NCBI GenBank assembly: GCA_964476595.1
Contig: CAYZCL010000053.1
Location: forward strand, 40,690 to 104,689
DNA: 64,000 nucleotides
Source: an uncultured Desulfobacteraceae bacterium
Lineage (GTDB): Bacteria; Desulfobacterota; Desulfobacteria; Desulfobacterales; JALSRD01
Reading direction: 5' to 3'
Every line of letters begins with the position of its first letter. Positions within the stretch are counted from its first letter, which is position 1. Below the pieces are notes generated by a model. The model was given only the letters and a program-made list of their open reading frames with translations, made no database searches and was not told where the DNA came from. This document shows positions 19,983 to 30,733 of the stretch, piece after piece. The position numbers were made by a program, and so were the translations under genes.

Positions 19983-20849
19983 TTACTTCTTTTCGACGTT
20001 GCTGAACAGCAGCGATTCCGAGTCGTGCAGCCGGCAGTAATCCTCGTAGCACTCCTTTTCCTGTTCGACATAGGACTGCAGGCGTTTCATGAGCTCGTCG
20101 TAGTCCACCTGGTGCCCGTCGAACTCCGGTCCGTCCACGCAGGCGAAACGGGTTTTACCGCCCACGCTCACCCGGCAACAACCACACATGCCGGTGCCGT
20201 CGACCATGATGGGGTTGAGGCTCACCAGGGTCCGGACCCCGTACTCTTCGGTGATCTTGGAGACGAACTTCATCATGGGCACCGGGCCGATGGCCACTAC
20301 CAAGGCGATGTCCCCCTTGTCGAGGAGCTGCTTGAGCACATCGGTGACGAAGCCGTGATGGCCGTAGGACCCGTCGTCGGTGCAGACGAATAGCTCATGG
20401 GAGGCGGCCTTCATGTAATCTTCCAGGATGAGCAGATCCTTGGTGCGGGCGCCGATGATGGCCTTGACGTGGTTGCCGGCTTCTTTGAGCCCGCGGGTGA
20501 TGGGGTGCAGCACGGCGATGCCGGTACCGCCGCCCACGCACACCACGTTGCCGAACTTCTCGATGTGGGTGGGTTTGCCCAGCGGGCCGATGACGTCCTG
20601 GTAAGCCTGGCCCACCTTGAGGTCCCGGAACAGGGCCGTGGTCTTGCCCACCACCATGTAGATGATGGTGATGGTCCCTCTGTCGGGGTCGGTCATGGCC
20701 ATGGTCAGGGGAATGCGCTCTCCCTCCTCGGTGGCTTTCAGGATGACGAACTGCCCCGGTTTCGCCTTGCGGGCGATCAACGGTGCCTCGATTTCATTGA
20801 GAATCACGGTACCGTCTGCCATTTCCTCGCGTTTTACGATTTTGAACAT
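19983..20849 (-). CDS. nfnA: Ferredoxin-NADP reductase-like small subunit (NfnA / SudB / PyrK family)
   Basis: FAD/NAD-binding fold (VCVGGGTGIA) and C-terminal 2Fe-2S motif GMCGCCRV...CVDGPEF. GGAGGG RBS. Lies directly upstream of nfnB. Confidence 0.8.
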   Translation of the reverse strand: MFKIVKREEMADGTVILNEIEAPLIARKAKPGQFVILKATEEGERIPLTMAMTDPDRGTITIIYMVVGKTTALFRDLKVGQAYQDVIGPLGKPTHIEKFGNVVCVGGGTGIAVLHPITRGLKEAGNHVKAIIGARTKDLLILEDYMKAASHELFVCTDDGSYGHHGFVTDVLKQLLDKGDIALVVAIGPVPMMKFVSKITEEYGVRTLVSLNPIMVDGTGMCGCCRVSVGGKTRFACVDGPEFDGHQVDYDELMKRLQSYVEQEKECYEDYCRLHDSESLLFSNVEKK

Positions 20850-21192
20850 AACAACCCTCCGATTTTATTGCCGCCCGGGAAACTTCCGGTAAATTTCCAC
20901 GTTTCGTCCACTGAGCATCCCCCTTTGGCCCTGGTTTACGGGGCGCGATCCGGGCTGTTCTCCAATCCGGGGCTTTTTAATGGATTGTGCCGTAAATTGC
21001 AAGCAACATGGTGTAACAACTCCAGAAAAAATGAATTTTCATTTCCGCCTTGATGCGGCCGATCCGACCATCACGCCGACTTTTAAGTATATACTCATTA
21101 TAATACCAGATCAAATAATATTTTTTTAAAACCGGTTGCAAAGCCTATCGGCGCCTGCTAACACCCGGCGCGGTCCCCAAAGGAGCCGTCCT

Positions 21193-21981
21193 ATGAAACT
21201 TTTCGACAGTCATTGCCACCTGGACGATGCGGTGTTTCAACCGGATTTTGATGCCGTGCTGGCACGCGCCGCGCATAACGGGGTGAAGGCCGTGCTGATC
21301 GCCGGTGTCAGCGAAAAGACCTCCCGACGGGCCGTGGAACTGGCCGCCTCCCACGAAGGTATCTTTGCGTCGGTGGGTGTGCACCCTCACGATGCGGCCG
21401 GCTGCAGTGACGAGACTCTGGCGGTGCTAACGGAGTTGGCCGGTGATTCCCGGGTACGCGCCTGGGGGGAAATCGGGCTGGACTTCAATCGCATGTATTC
21501 CCCGGCCTCCGTCCAGGAGCATTGGCTGGAGCGTCAATTGGAAGCCGCTATCAATCTGCGGTTGCCGGTGATTTTCCACGAACGCGACTCGGGCGGGCGC
21601 CTGATCGAGATGCTGCAGGGGTGCCACGCGCAGCTGCCTGGCGCCGTGGTCCACTGTTTCAGCGGCACCGGCGCCGAACTGCGCCGCTACCTGGATTTCG
21701 GTTTTCACATCGGTGTCACCGGCATCGTCACCATGCAAAAGCGCGGCGCCCCGCTGCGCGAACTGGTACCCGCCATCCCCGATGACCGGCTGCTCATCGA
21801 AACCGACGCCCCCTACCTGACCCCGGCGCCGGAGAGGAACCGCCGCCGGCGCAACGAGCCGGCTTTCGTGCGCCACGTGCTTTTCAGGTTGGCCGAGGTG
21901 CGTGGAGTCGACCCCGAAAGCCTGGCGCGGCAGGTCTGGCGCAACACCTGTCGGCTGTTCGGCATCAAAGCGACCGCCTGA
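21193..21981 (+). CDS. TatD-family metal-dependent hydrolase
   Basis: Start at ATG 21193 (AAAGGAG RBS). MKLFDSHCHLDD, GEIGLD, VIFHERD, VVHCFSG and ETDAPYL motifs. Confidence 0.85.
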   Translation: MKLFDSHCHLDDAVFQPDFDAVLARAAHNGVKAVLIAGVSEKTSRRAVELAASHEGIFASVGVHPHDAAGCSDETLAVLTELAGDSRVRAWGEIGLDFNRMYSPASVQEHWLERQLEAAINLRLPVIFHERDSGGRLIEMLQGCHAQLPGAVVHCFSGTGAELRRYLDFGFHIGVTGIVTMQKRGAPLRELVPAIPDDRLLIETDAPYLTPAPERNRRRRNEPAFVRHVLFRLAEVRGVDPESLARQVWRNTCRLFGIKATA

Positions 21982-21991
21982 CACCGGCCCT

Positions 21992-23185
21992 TCAGTCCGC
22001 CATGAGGTGTTCGACGGCTTTTTCCAGGCCGTCGATGGAGAGCTCGAACATGGGGAAGATCTGGCGGATGAGCATGATGGTGCGGGTGTAGCCCCAGCTG
22101 CCCTGGGGCACGGGGTTGAGCCACACGCTGTGCCGGAAGGTGCGCGCCAGGAACCGCAGGCGCTCGATGCTGGGCTGCCCTGAGCGTTCCTCGATGTGGA
22201 TGGAGCCGTCGGTGGCCATCAGTTCATAGGGCGCCATACTGGCGTCGCCCACCAGGATGAGACGTGTTTCCGGGTCCCAGCTGGCGAACTCGTCGATGCG
22301 CCGGGGTTTCTTATAGCGCGCGGGGTCCTCCCACAGGTAGTCGTAGATGGTGTTGTGGAAGAAGAAGGTCTTGAGCTCCTTGAACTGCGCCCGGGCGTGA
22401 TAGAAAAGGTGCTGAACCACCGGGATGTAGGGATCCATGGACCAGCCGCCGTTGTCGATGGCCAGGATCACCTTGAGGCGGTCCTTGAGGCTGCGTTCGA
22501 AGACGATCTCGATCTCGCCGCCGTTTTTCATGGTCTGATACAGCGTGGCGTCGATGTTGATCTGGTCCTTGGGCCCGGTGGGCACCAGGTGCCGCAGGCG
22601 TTTGAGCGCCTCGCCCATCATGGACTGGCGCAGGGGCCCGGTGAGCGAGTAGTCCCGGTAGCGCCGGTCCATGGCCACCTTGACGGCTGAGCGGTTGCGC
22701 GAAACGCCCCCCACGCGCATGCCCCCCGGGTGGTAGCCGGAGTGCCCCACCGGCGAGGTGCCGCCGGTGCCGATCCACTTGCCGCCCCCGTCGTGGCGTT
22801 CGGTCTGTTCCCGCAGGCGCTCCTTGAAGTATTCGATCAGTTCGTCCGGGCTCATTTTGCTCAGCTCGGACTCGTCCACCCCCAGGGCCTCGGCCAGGGT
22901 CTTGGGGTCCTCCAGCCAGCTGTCCAGCATCATGCGGGCCATTTCGGTCAGGGCGAAGCCCTCTTCGCCCTCGGGCATTTCGGCGCCCTCGAAGGTGTGG
23001 GCGAACACCTGGTCGTAAAGGTCGAAGTAGCGTTCGCTCTTGACCAGGATGGCCCGCGAGGCGGTGTAGAAGTCCCCCAGGGAATTGACGAGGCCCTTGT
23101 CCAGGGCCCGGTGCAGGGTCAGAAAGGCGGTGGGGCTGACCGGAATCCCCACCTCCTTGAGCTTGTAGAAAAAGTCGATGAACAT
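21992..23185 (-). CDS. VWA-domain protein (CoxE-like partner of a MoxR ATPase)
   Basis: 397 aa. C-terminal VWA-like region (ILAIDNGGWSMD..., LILVGDASM). Lies 15 nt downstream of a MoxR-type AAA+ gene. Confidence 0.6.
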   Translation of the reverse strand: MFIDFFYKLKEVGIPVSPTAFLTLHRALDKGLVNSLGDFYTASRAILVKSERYFDLYDQVFAHTFEGAEMPEGEEGFALTEMARMMLDSWLEDPKTLAEALGVDESELSKMSPDELIEYFKERLREQTERHDGGGKWIGTGGTSPVGHSGYHPGGMRVGGVSRNRSAVKVAMDRRYRDYSLTGPLRQSMMGEALKRLRHLVPTGPKDQINIDATLYQTMKNGGEIEIVFERSLKDRLKVILAIDNGGWSMDPYIPVVQHLFYHARAQFKELKTFFFHNTIYDYLWEDPARYKKPRRIDEFASWDPETRLILVGDASMAPYELMATDGSIHIEERSGQPSIERLRFLARTFRHSVWLNPVPQGSWGYTRTIMLIRQIFPMFELSIDGLEKAVEHLMAD

Positions 23186-23200
23186 AATAATGCCGCAGCG

Positions 23201-24055
23201 TTAGAAGAGTCGACGGCGGCGCACCGAGCTGGCCGCGATCTGGTAGTCCTGGCTCTTTTTGAAGAGCACGCCGAGGTAGGGCACGTCTCCCTTGGCCAGG
23301 TCTTTGGGCCGGAAATCGGGGTCCATGTTCAGGGCCCGGATCCAGTTGAGCAGCTCCCGGGTGGCCGGGCGCTTCTCCACGGCGTCCAGCTCGCGCAGGC
23401 GGTAGAAGGCCGCAATGGCGTTTTCCGCCAGCTGGCTGTCGATGTCCGGGAAGTGCACGTTGACGATCTTGCGCATCATCTTGGGGTCCGGAAAGGCGAT
23501 GTGGTGGAAATTGCAGCGCCCCAGGAAGGGATCCGAGAGGTCCTTCTTGGCGTTGGAGGTGATGATGAACACCGGACGGTGTTTGGCGCGGATGGTCTTG
23601 TCGATCTCGATGATGTCGAACTCCATCTGGTCGAGCACGTCCAGCATGTCGTCCTGGAAGTCGGTGTCGGCCTTGTCGATCTCGTCGATGAGCAGCACCG
23701 TGCGGGTGTCGGCCGTGAAGGCCTGGCCGATCTTGCCCATGCGGATGTACTCCTCGATGTTGCTCACGTCGCGCCGCGAGTCGCCGAAGCGGCTGTCGTT
23801 GAGGCGCGTCAGGGTGTCGTACTGGTAGAGGGCCTCGACCAGCTTCATGCTCGATTTGACGTTGAGCACGATCAGGGGCATCTTGAGATTCTCGGCGATG
23901 GCGTGGGCCAGCATGGTCTTTCCCGTACCGGGTTCGCCCTTGAGCAACAGGGGCATTTCCAGCGCCATGGAGATGTTGACGATACGGGCCAGTTCCTCGT
24001 CCAGCACGTATTTGCTCGCCCCCGAAAAGGTTTTTCCGCTTCCGTTGTCCAGCAT
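23201..24055 (-). CDS. MoxR-family AAA+ ATPase (CbbQ/NorQ/CoxD-like)
   Basis: Start trimmed to ATG 24055. Walker A LLKGEPGTGKT, Walker B VLLIDEIDKA, ITSN sensor-1-like element, about 284 aa. Confidence 0.8.
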   Translation of the reverse strand: MLDNGSGKTFSGASKYVLDEELARIVNISMALEMPLLLKGEPGTGKTMLAHAIAENLKMPLIVLNVKSSMKLVEALYQYDTLTRLNDSRFGDSRRDVSNIEEYIRMGKIGQAFTADTRTVLLIDEIDKADTDFQDDMLDVLDQMEFDIIEIDKTIRAKHRPVFIITSNAKKDLSDPFLGRCNFHHIAFPDPKMMRKIVNVHFPDIDSQLAENAIAAFYRLRELDAVEKRPATRELLNWIRALNMDPDFRPKDLAKGDVPYLGVLFKKSQDYQIAASSVRRRRLF

Positions 24056-24246
24056 GGGTCTTCCTCTTGAATAGGTGGTGAACACAAGCCACCGCCCGAC
24101 GGACCGCGGCGCATGCGCGTCTGTCCGGTGCGGATGGCGCAATCGAATAAAAACGCGCCCTTGGTAACACGACTGGTGACGCATTACAAGCCGGGGAACC
24201 GAGAAAACGGCACCTGCCCGGGCGCCGTCGCTGTCGCCATCAGCGA

Positions 24247-24275
24247 TTGACACCCCCCAGGGCCGGTGATATAGT
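24247..24275 (+). promoter_or_regulatory. Candidate sigma-70 promoter (TTGACA-N17-TATAGT)
   Basis: TTGACA at 24247..24252, an exact 17-nt spacer, then TATAGT at 24270..24275. Lies 44 nt upstream of the ATG at 24319. Confidence 0.5.
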
Positions 24276-24318
24276 CGATTAAAGAATAGGACGCCGTCCG
24301 GCGCCTGACGGGGGGCCC

Positions 24319-24732
24319 ATGGCCGACATCATCGAGCTCAACGAAAAAATCCGGGAGGCCGAGCAGCGGCGCAGGGCCGCCGTGCGCAAACGCAAACTGG
24401 AGGCTGTGCGCAACGTACTGCAGTGCTCGCACTGTTCCATGAAGTGCGAAAAATGCGGCACGCGTCTGGAGGACGACACCCCGGCGGAGCCTTTCCGGTA
24501 CCGGGATCTCAAGATTCCCTACCGCCTGTGCGACAGCTGCTCGCTGGAGTACAAGGATTACATCCAGCGGTTACAGGGCGGCGGCGACCGGGACTGCTAC
24601 TGGCACAACCAGGCCTGGCTGGACAGCTGGGGCGCCTGGATCGCCTACCGCGGCACGCTGGACCGCTACCTGCAGTCCAAGGAATTCTGCCGACTGCTGG
24701 AGGAACTCAAACAGGAACCGGCCGACAGCTGA
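24319..24732 (+). CDS. Hypothetical Cys-rich (zinc-ribbon-like) protein
   Basis: 137 aa. CSHC...CEKC...CDSC pairs after a basic coiled N-terminus. No family recognised by eye. Confidence 0.5.
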   Translation: MADIIELNEKIREAEQRRRAAVRKRKLEAVRNVLQCSHCSMKCEKCGTRLEDDTPAEPFRYRDLKIPYRLCDSCSLEYKDYIQRLQGGGDRDCYWHNQAWLDSWGAWIAYRGTLDRYLQSKEFCRLLEELKQEPADS

Positions 24733-24773
24733 GGCCGGCGGCCTGGGATACAGGAGGAACGAACATGTTTGGA

Positions 24774-24977
24774 ATCGGAATGCCGGAGCTGATCATCATC
24801 CTGGTGATTATCCTGATCATATTCGGCGCGGGCAAGCTTCCCGAGATCGGCGGCGGCATGGGCAAGGCCATCCGCAATTTCAAATCCGCCACCAAGGAGA
24901 CCGAGCTGAAGGAAAAGAAGGACCCCCAAAAACTCGAAGACCTCAAGGAAGACACCCCGGAAGACAAGAAGGTCTGA
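24774..24977 (+). CDS. tatA: Twin-arginine translocase subunit TatA/E
   Basis: [40 protein letters not shown], the canonical TatA TM helix plus amphipathic helix. AGGAGG RBS. 67 aa, inside ORF 24423..24977. Confidence 0.9.
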   Translation: MGMPELIIILVIILIIFGAGKLPEIGGGMGKAIRNFKSATKETELKEKKDPQKLEDLKEDTPEDKKV

Positions 24978-25041
24978 TCACCGTCCGTACGTTTTTTCCT
25001 GGTGGCCCGTTTGCCTCCCGTCGGAATCCAGCCGGCGGGAC

Positions 25042-26493
25042 TCACCCTCCCCCGACACTTTCGACTTTCCCCTCCCGGCCGAAAACATCCATGATGTAGG
25101 CTTCCAGCTCCCGCAACAGCCCCAGGGCCTCGGCATCCTGCCGTTCTCCGGCGAGGCGCCGTATCTCGCCCAGGGTTTCCACGGGTGTGCGCCGCCGCCG
25201 GCCGCGGTAGTCCACCGGCGCAAGCTCGGCGCTGTCCGGGTTGATGCGGCGCATGTAGTCCTCGAATTCCCGCCGAAGCTCCCCGTCGAGCCGGTCCGGG
25301 TAGTTGCGGAACAGCACCCGCCGCGCCAGGGTGCCCAGGCAGGGGTCCGCAAAGCGCCGGGCGATTTCCAGGCGCTCCTCGAAGGCGGCCGACTGGAATT
25401 TGCGGCACAGGCGCCGATCCCCCGGGGAGGGAAAACCGTTTTCGTAGAGCCTTCCGTCGGGGTCCACGTCCGGGACCTCCGGGTACCGGAATTGGCGGTG
25501 GTGGGAGGCGATGCGCCCGAGCAGTTCGGATTCGCCCGCCAGCCACTGTCTGTTTTCCCGGGCCAGTGCGGCGCTTTCGGGCGATAGACGGTCCCAGAAG
25601 CGTTTGCGCGGCGGCAGGACGATGGGCGGCTCACCGGCCTTCTTGCGGATCACCCAGGTGGTGTCGTCGATGCTCTCCCGGTCGGTGGCGCGCAGTTCCT
25701 CGCGGTCCAGGCGCAGCCACAGGCTCTGGTTGCTGTAGGGGATGGAATCCCCCAGGCCCAGCACCGGGGCCTGGTAGTTGTGCTCGGGACCGAACTGGCT
25801 GTCCACCATGATGCCCAGGCGGTGGGGACCGGCCGGGCCTTCCAGCGCCACCGGCAGGTCGTTCATGCGCCGCCGGTCGGTTTCCTTGTCGAAACAGCCG
25901 CACAGGTAGTTCCAGATGTCTCCGGCCCGGCGGAAGCGCCGCGCCAGCGACAGGCAGGCTTCCACATCGGCCATGGCGTCGTGGGACTTTCCCTCCGTCA
26001 GCCGGTTGCGGGCGTTGAGGTTTTCCAGTTTGAGCGAGGCGACCCCTTCGACCTCCGGCCAGTCGAGCACATCGCGGTGGTAGAGCCGGAAGATGACGGC
26101 CATGGGCAGCAGGTCCAGGCGCCCGCACCCGTGGCTGTACTGGTGGGTGTAGGGCGGCAGCAGGTTGCGGTAGAAAGCGAAGCGCAGGAACTCGTCGTCG
26201 AAGCCCAGGGTGTTGTAGCCCAAGCTGGCGGTGCCGGGCGTGTTGAGCAGGGCGTGGATGCGTCCGGTGGCCTCGAATTCGCATTTCCCGGACAACAGGG
26301 TTTCGAAAGGGATGCGGTGGGTCAGCAGGGCCTGCGGGGAGGGCACCACATCCGGGCGCAGGCGCACCCGGATGTCGTAGCGGTCGATTTCGGTCAGGTC
26401 CGGGCTGGTGCGGATGCCCGCGAACTGCAGCACCTGGTCGAATACGCGGTTCAGCCCGGTGGTCTCGATGTCGTAGAACAGGTAGGTTTTCAC
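25042..26493 (-). CDS. sbcB: Exodeoxyribonuclease I
   Basis: GTG start 3 nt after the ssb stop. YDIETTG ExoI/DnaQ-like motif, HDAMADV ExoIII motif, about 480 aa with the SH3-like/C-terminal region typical of ExoI. Confidence 0.8.
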   Translation of the reverse strand: MKTYLFYDIETTGLNRVFDQVLQFAGIRTSPDLTEIDRYDIRVRLRPDVVPSPQALLTHRIPFETLLSGKCEFEATGRIHALLNTPGTASLGYNTLGFDDEFLRFAFYRNLLPPYTHQYSHGCGRLDLLPMAVIFRLYHRDVLDWPEVEGVASLKLENLNARNRLTEGKSHDAMADVEACLSLARRFRRAGDIWNYLCGCFDKETDRRRMNDLPVALEGPAGPHRLGIMVDSQFGPEHNYQAPVLGLGDSIPYSNQSLWLRLDREELRATDRESIDDTTWVIRKKAGEPPIVLPPRKRFWDRLSPESAALARENRQWLAGESELLGRIASHHRQFRYPEVPDVDPDGRLYENGFPSPGDRRLCRKFQSAAFEERLEIARRFADPCLGTLARRVLFRNYPDRLDGELRREFEDYMRRINPDSAELAPVDYRGRRRRTPVETLGEIRRLAGERQDAEALGLLRELEAYIMDVFGREGKVESVGGG

Positions 26494-26496
26494 CGA

Positions 26497-26946
26497 TCAG
26501 AAGGGGATGTCGTCGTCGGCCGGTCCCCCGCCGGCCGGGCCCCCGAAGCCGGGATCGCCGCCGGCCGGTCCCCCGCCGCCGCCGGCGGGTCCCCCGTATC
26601 CGCCGCCGTCGCCGCGGTTGCCCAGGAAGCGGACGTCGGAGGCCACGATTTCGGTGGTGTAACGCTTGTTGCCGTCACGGTCTTCCCACTCGCGGGTCTG
26701 GATGCGTCCCTCGACGTACACCTGGCGACCCTTGGACAGGTATTTCCCGCAGGTTTCGCCCATTTTGCCGAACACCACGATGCGGTGCCACTCGGTGCGT
26801 TCCCTGCGCTCCCCGCTCTCCTTGTCACTCCAGCTCTCGTTGGTCGCCAGGGTGAAATTGGCCACCGCCATGCCGCTCTGGGTGTAGCGGATTTCGGGAT
26901 CCCGTCCCAGGTTGCCGATCAGGATGGCCTTGTTGACGCTGGACAT
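26497..26946 (-). CDS. ssb: Single-stranded DNA-binding protein
   Basis: ORF 26497..27672 trimmed to ATG 26946. [24 protein letters not shown]-fold, Gly-rich linker, acidic tail DDDIPF. Confidence 0.9.
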   Translation of the reverse strand: MSSVNKAILIGNLGRDPEIRYTQSGMAVANFTLATNESWSDKESGERRERTEWHRIVVFGKMGETCGKYLSKGRQVYVEGRIQTREWEDRDGNKRYTTEIVASDVRFLGNRGDGGGYGGPAGGGGGPAGGDPGFGGPAGGGPADDDIPF

Positions 26947-27053
26947 AAGTTGCCTCCTTGGAAGAGAAGATGAATATGTGAGATGGATGGTCGTTTTACC
27001 GGCTGCCGGGCAGCCCCGTCTGAAAAGTGGAATATCGGATGCCGCCGGGAAAG

Positions 27054-28175
27054 TCAATCGCGGCGGGCTCTCAATTTCGAGAGGCCGTGAAGCAGGCGGC
27101 CGGCCGCCGGCTCGACGGCCTGCAGCGCCCCGTGGGGACAGACCTCGACGCAGCAGTAGCAACGGATGCAGCGCTCGTAGTCGAAACGCACCCCCCGGGG
27201 GGCGTCGGCGATGGCGCCGGCCGGGCAGTAGGTGCCGCACTGGCCGCACTGGCGGCAGCGCGCAGTGTCCACCACCGGCTTCTGCAGCACGTGGCGGCGC
27301 ATGAAACGGCTGACGGCCGGGGGGCCGAAGGTGGCCGGCGCCATGCGCGGCAGCATGAAATCGTCGACTACATGGAAATCGCCGCGCACGCTGGTTTCCG
27401 ACGGCAGCAGGCCGCGTTCTTCGGCGGCCCGGTGGGTGGCCAGGCGCCGCGGGTCGACCCCCAGCAGGCGGCACAGCACGGCGTCCACCGTCGGCGCGCT
27501 GCGCCCGCCGACGATGATGCCCAGCTGCCGCGGGGTGCCGCCGCGGCCCGGACCCTGCCCCTCCAGGGCGGTGATGCCGTCCACCAGGGTCAGGCAGGGG
27601 GCCACGGTGCGGTAGACGGCCACCAGCAATCGCGCGAACTGGTCGCGGTCGATGCCGCAGCGCAGGTGCCACCGGGGCTTGGCCAGCCCCACCACGCAGC
27701 CGAAGAGGTTCTTGACCCCCAGGGTGAGCATCATCTGGGTGTGGGTCTTGACCTTGGCCAGGTTGACCACGGCGTCGGCCGCCAGGGCCGCCGCGGCCAG
27801 CTCGATGCGCCCGAAAGGCGGGCCCACGTCCACGGTGCGGGCCTTTTCGAAGGGCTTCAGCGCCACGTCCAGGCCCGCCAGGGCCGCCGCGTAACCGGTG
27901 CGCCGCACCACCCGCTCGAAGGGCCCCACGGCCGGGCTGTCGGATACCCGGACGCGCACTTTTCGGGCCAGCAGGTACTCCACGACGGTGCGCACCACCA
28001 GCGGGTGGGTGACGATGCCCTCTTCGGGGCCGGCCGCCATCAGCAGGTTGGGTTTGACCAGCACCCGCATGCCGGGCATGAACAGGTCCCTCCCCAGGGT
28101 GTCGAGCATTTCGAACACCCGGGGGCGGATCTCGTCTTCGTTGTAGCGGCCTTTTTCGATCAGCACCGTTTCCAT
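27054..28175 (-). CDS. DUF362 domain protein with C-terminal 2x[4Fe-4S] ferredoxin domain
   Basis: Start trimmed to ATG 28175. VLVKPNLL and LKTHTQ-type DUF362 elements. C-terminal [12 protein letters not shown] and [12 protein letters not shown]. Confidence 0.6.
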   Translation of the reverse strand: METVLIEKGRYNEDEIRPRVFEMLDTLGRDLFMPGMRVLVKPNLLMAAGPEEGIVTHPLVVRTVVEYLLARKVRVRVSDSPAVGPFERVVRRTGYAAALAGLDVALKPFEKARTVDVGPPFGRIELAAAALAADAVVNLAKVKTHTQMMLTLGVKNLFGCVVGLAKPRWHLRCGIDRDQFARLLVAVYRTVAPCLTLVDGITALEGQGPGRGGTPRQLGIIVGGRSAPTVDAVLCRLLGVDPRRLATHRAAEERGLLPSETSVRGDFHVVDDFMLPRMAPATFGPPAVSRFMRRHVLQKPVVDTARCRQCGQCGTYCPAGAIADAPRGVRFDYERCIRCYCCVEVCPHGALQAVEPAAGRLLHGLSKLRARRD

Positions 28176-28346
28176 GGGGTTTGCCTTTGTGCGCCGATGG
28201 GTATAGATAAGAGGCGCGCGGTCCGGCGCCTGTTCATGGACCGCGGCGGCTGCCGGGGCCGGCGGACGTCTGAAAGTGTTTTGTTTATACCACCGCCGTT
28301 TTACCATGTCAGCATCAAATCGGACCCCAACCCGTAACGAGGACGG

Positions 28347-29543
28347 ATGGAGGGACACAGCGCCAGCGACAACGCGGTTTCGGCCGCCTTCGCCAAACGG
28401 CTCAGGCGCCGGGTGGCGGCCCGGCAGTGGGACTTTTTCGCCGTCACGGCCCCGGGCCTGGAGGATTTGTGCCGGCGGGAACTCGAAGCCCTGCCGGCGG
28501 ACATCCAGGCCCTGAAGACCGTGGGCGGGGGCGTGGAATTCCGGGGGCGTCTGCACGACGCCTATGCCGCCAATCTACATCTGCGCACCGCCACGCGCGT
28601 TCTCATGCGCCTGGCCCATTTCCGGGCCGACACCTTCGGCCGCCTGGAGGAGAAGCTGTCCGGCGTGGACTGGGAGCTGTTTCTGCCCCGCGCATGCGCC
28701 CTCGACATCCGGGTGACCGCGAGGCATTCGCGGCTCTACCACAGCCGGGCCGTGGCCGAAGCGCTGCGCCGGGTGGTCTCCGGTCGGGTGAAGGTCGCCG
28801 CCGACGGCGAGGCCCCTCCGCAGCGGCTGCAGCTGCGCCTGTCCGACGACCGCGCCGTGCTGTCCCTGGACACCAGCGGCGAGCCGCTCTACAAGCGGGG
28901 TCTTAAGTCGTCCGGCGGGCTGGCGCCGGTGCGCGAGACCGTGGCCGCCGCCGTGCTCATGAGGGCGGGCTTTACGGCCGGCATGGCCCTGGTGGACCCC
29001 ATGTGCGGCAGCGGGACCTTTTCGCTGGAGGCCGCCCTGCTGGCCCAGCACATCGCGCCGGGTCGTCTGCGTGAATTCGCTTTCATGCGCTGGCCGGCCT
29101 TTGCGCCCGGCCGCTGGAAAGAGGCCCTGCGCCGGGCCGACCGCCGGCAGCGACGCCGCGACGAGCCGTTCATTACGGCCTCGGACGTCGACACGGCCGC
29201 CTGCGGGGCCCTGCGCGAGGTCGTCGGGGCCCACGAGGCCCTGGGAGTCATCCGGGTGGAGAACCGCGATTTTTTCGACACCGCACCCGGCCGGCCGCCG
29301 GCCGCCGGAGGCCTGGTGGTACTCAACCCGCCCTACGGCCGGCGGCTGGGCAGCCGTTCGGAGGGCCGGGCCCTGGTGGGACGAATCCTGCGCAAGCTGC
29401 GGGCCGATTACCGCGGCTGGAGACTTGCCATGATCCTGCCAAAGGGGTATGTTGAAAAAAAACCGCCCTTTGCGCTGCACTCCGGTTCGCTGTACCACGG
29501 CGGCCTGAAGGTGGTGCTGCTCACGGGACGGGTACCCCCGTGA
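28347..29543 (+). CDS. THUMP-domain class I SAM-dependent RNA methyltransferase (RlmL/UPF0020-like)
   Basis: DPMCGSGTF SAM motif I and LNPPYGRRLG motif IV. N-terminal THUMP-like region. Confidence 0.7.
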   Translation: MEGHSASDNAVSAAFAKRLRRRVAARQWDFFAVTAPGLEDLCRRELEALPADIQALKTVGGGVEFRGRLHDAYAANLHLRTATRVLMRLAHFRADTFGRLEEKLSGVDWELFLPRACALDIRVTARHSRLYHSRAVAEALRRVVSGRVKVAADGEAPPQRLQLRLSDDRAVLSLDTSGEPLYKRGLKSSGGLAPVRETVAAAVLMRAGFTAGMALVDPMCGSGTFSLEAALLAQHIAPGRLREFAFMRWPAFAPGRWKEALRRADRRQRRRDEPFITASDVDTAACGALREVVGAHEALGVIRVENRDFFDTAPGRPPAAGGLVVLNPPYGRRLGSRSEGRALVGRILRKLRADYRGWRLAMILPKGYVEKKPPFALHSGSLYHGGLKVVLLTGRVPP

Positions 29544-29612
29544 CGCCGGCGGAGGCGGGAGAAGCCCGTTGGGGACGTTTTGCAAAATCATCAATTACCC
29601 GGGAGCGCGCCG

Positions 29613-30638
<1,026 letters not shown>

Positions 30639-30733
30639 CAGGATCCAAAACGGTTGTATTTTTAAGAGAAAATATGCGTCCGCCGACGGCTTGACGGCCA
30701 TCCGGACACCGCAATCTCCACAGGAAATCACCC

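Noticed and set aside
21060-21140. Strongly AT-rich stretch (TTTTAAGTATATACTCATTATAATACCAGATCAAATAATATTTTTTTAAAA), considered as a possible horizontal-transfer scar or insertion-element end
   Set aside because: It lies exactly in the divergent promoter region between nfnA and tatD. It has no inverted or direct repeats and no integrase or transposase, and flanking gene composition is uniform. AT-rich promoter/UP-element DNA is the most economical reading.
22311-24170. 619-aa minus-strand ORF overlapping the VWA and MoxR genes in another frame. Comparable giants occur at 30728..33073, 40822..42807, 50767..53088 and 59709..61721.
   Set aside because: All overlap genes that carry clear catalytic motifs. 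All have extreme Arg/Pro/Gly/His content and no recognisable domain. They are GC-driven open frames rather than overlapping genes.
26947-27672. N-terminal 240-aa extension of the ssb ORF. Similar long extensions occur in the ORF track for the MoxR (24056..24253), DUF362 (28176..28556), patatin (36132..36335) and ABC (40787..41245) genes.
   Set aside because: The extensions are Pro/Arg/Gly-rich and overlap neighbouring genes or intergenic regions. They also precede internal ATG codons that have good RBSs and canonical family N-termini. Starts were trimmed accordingly.
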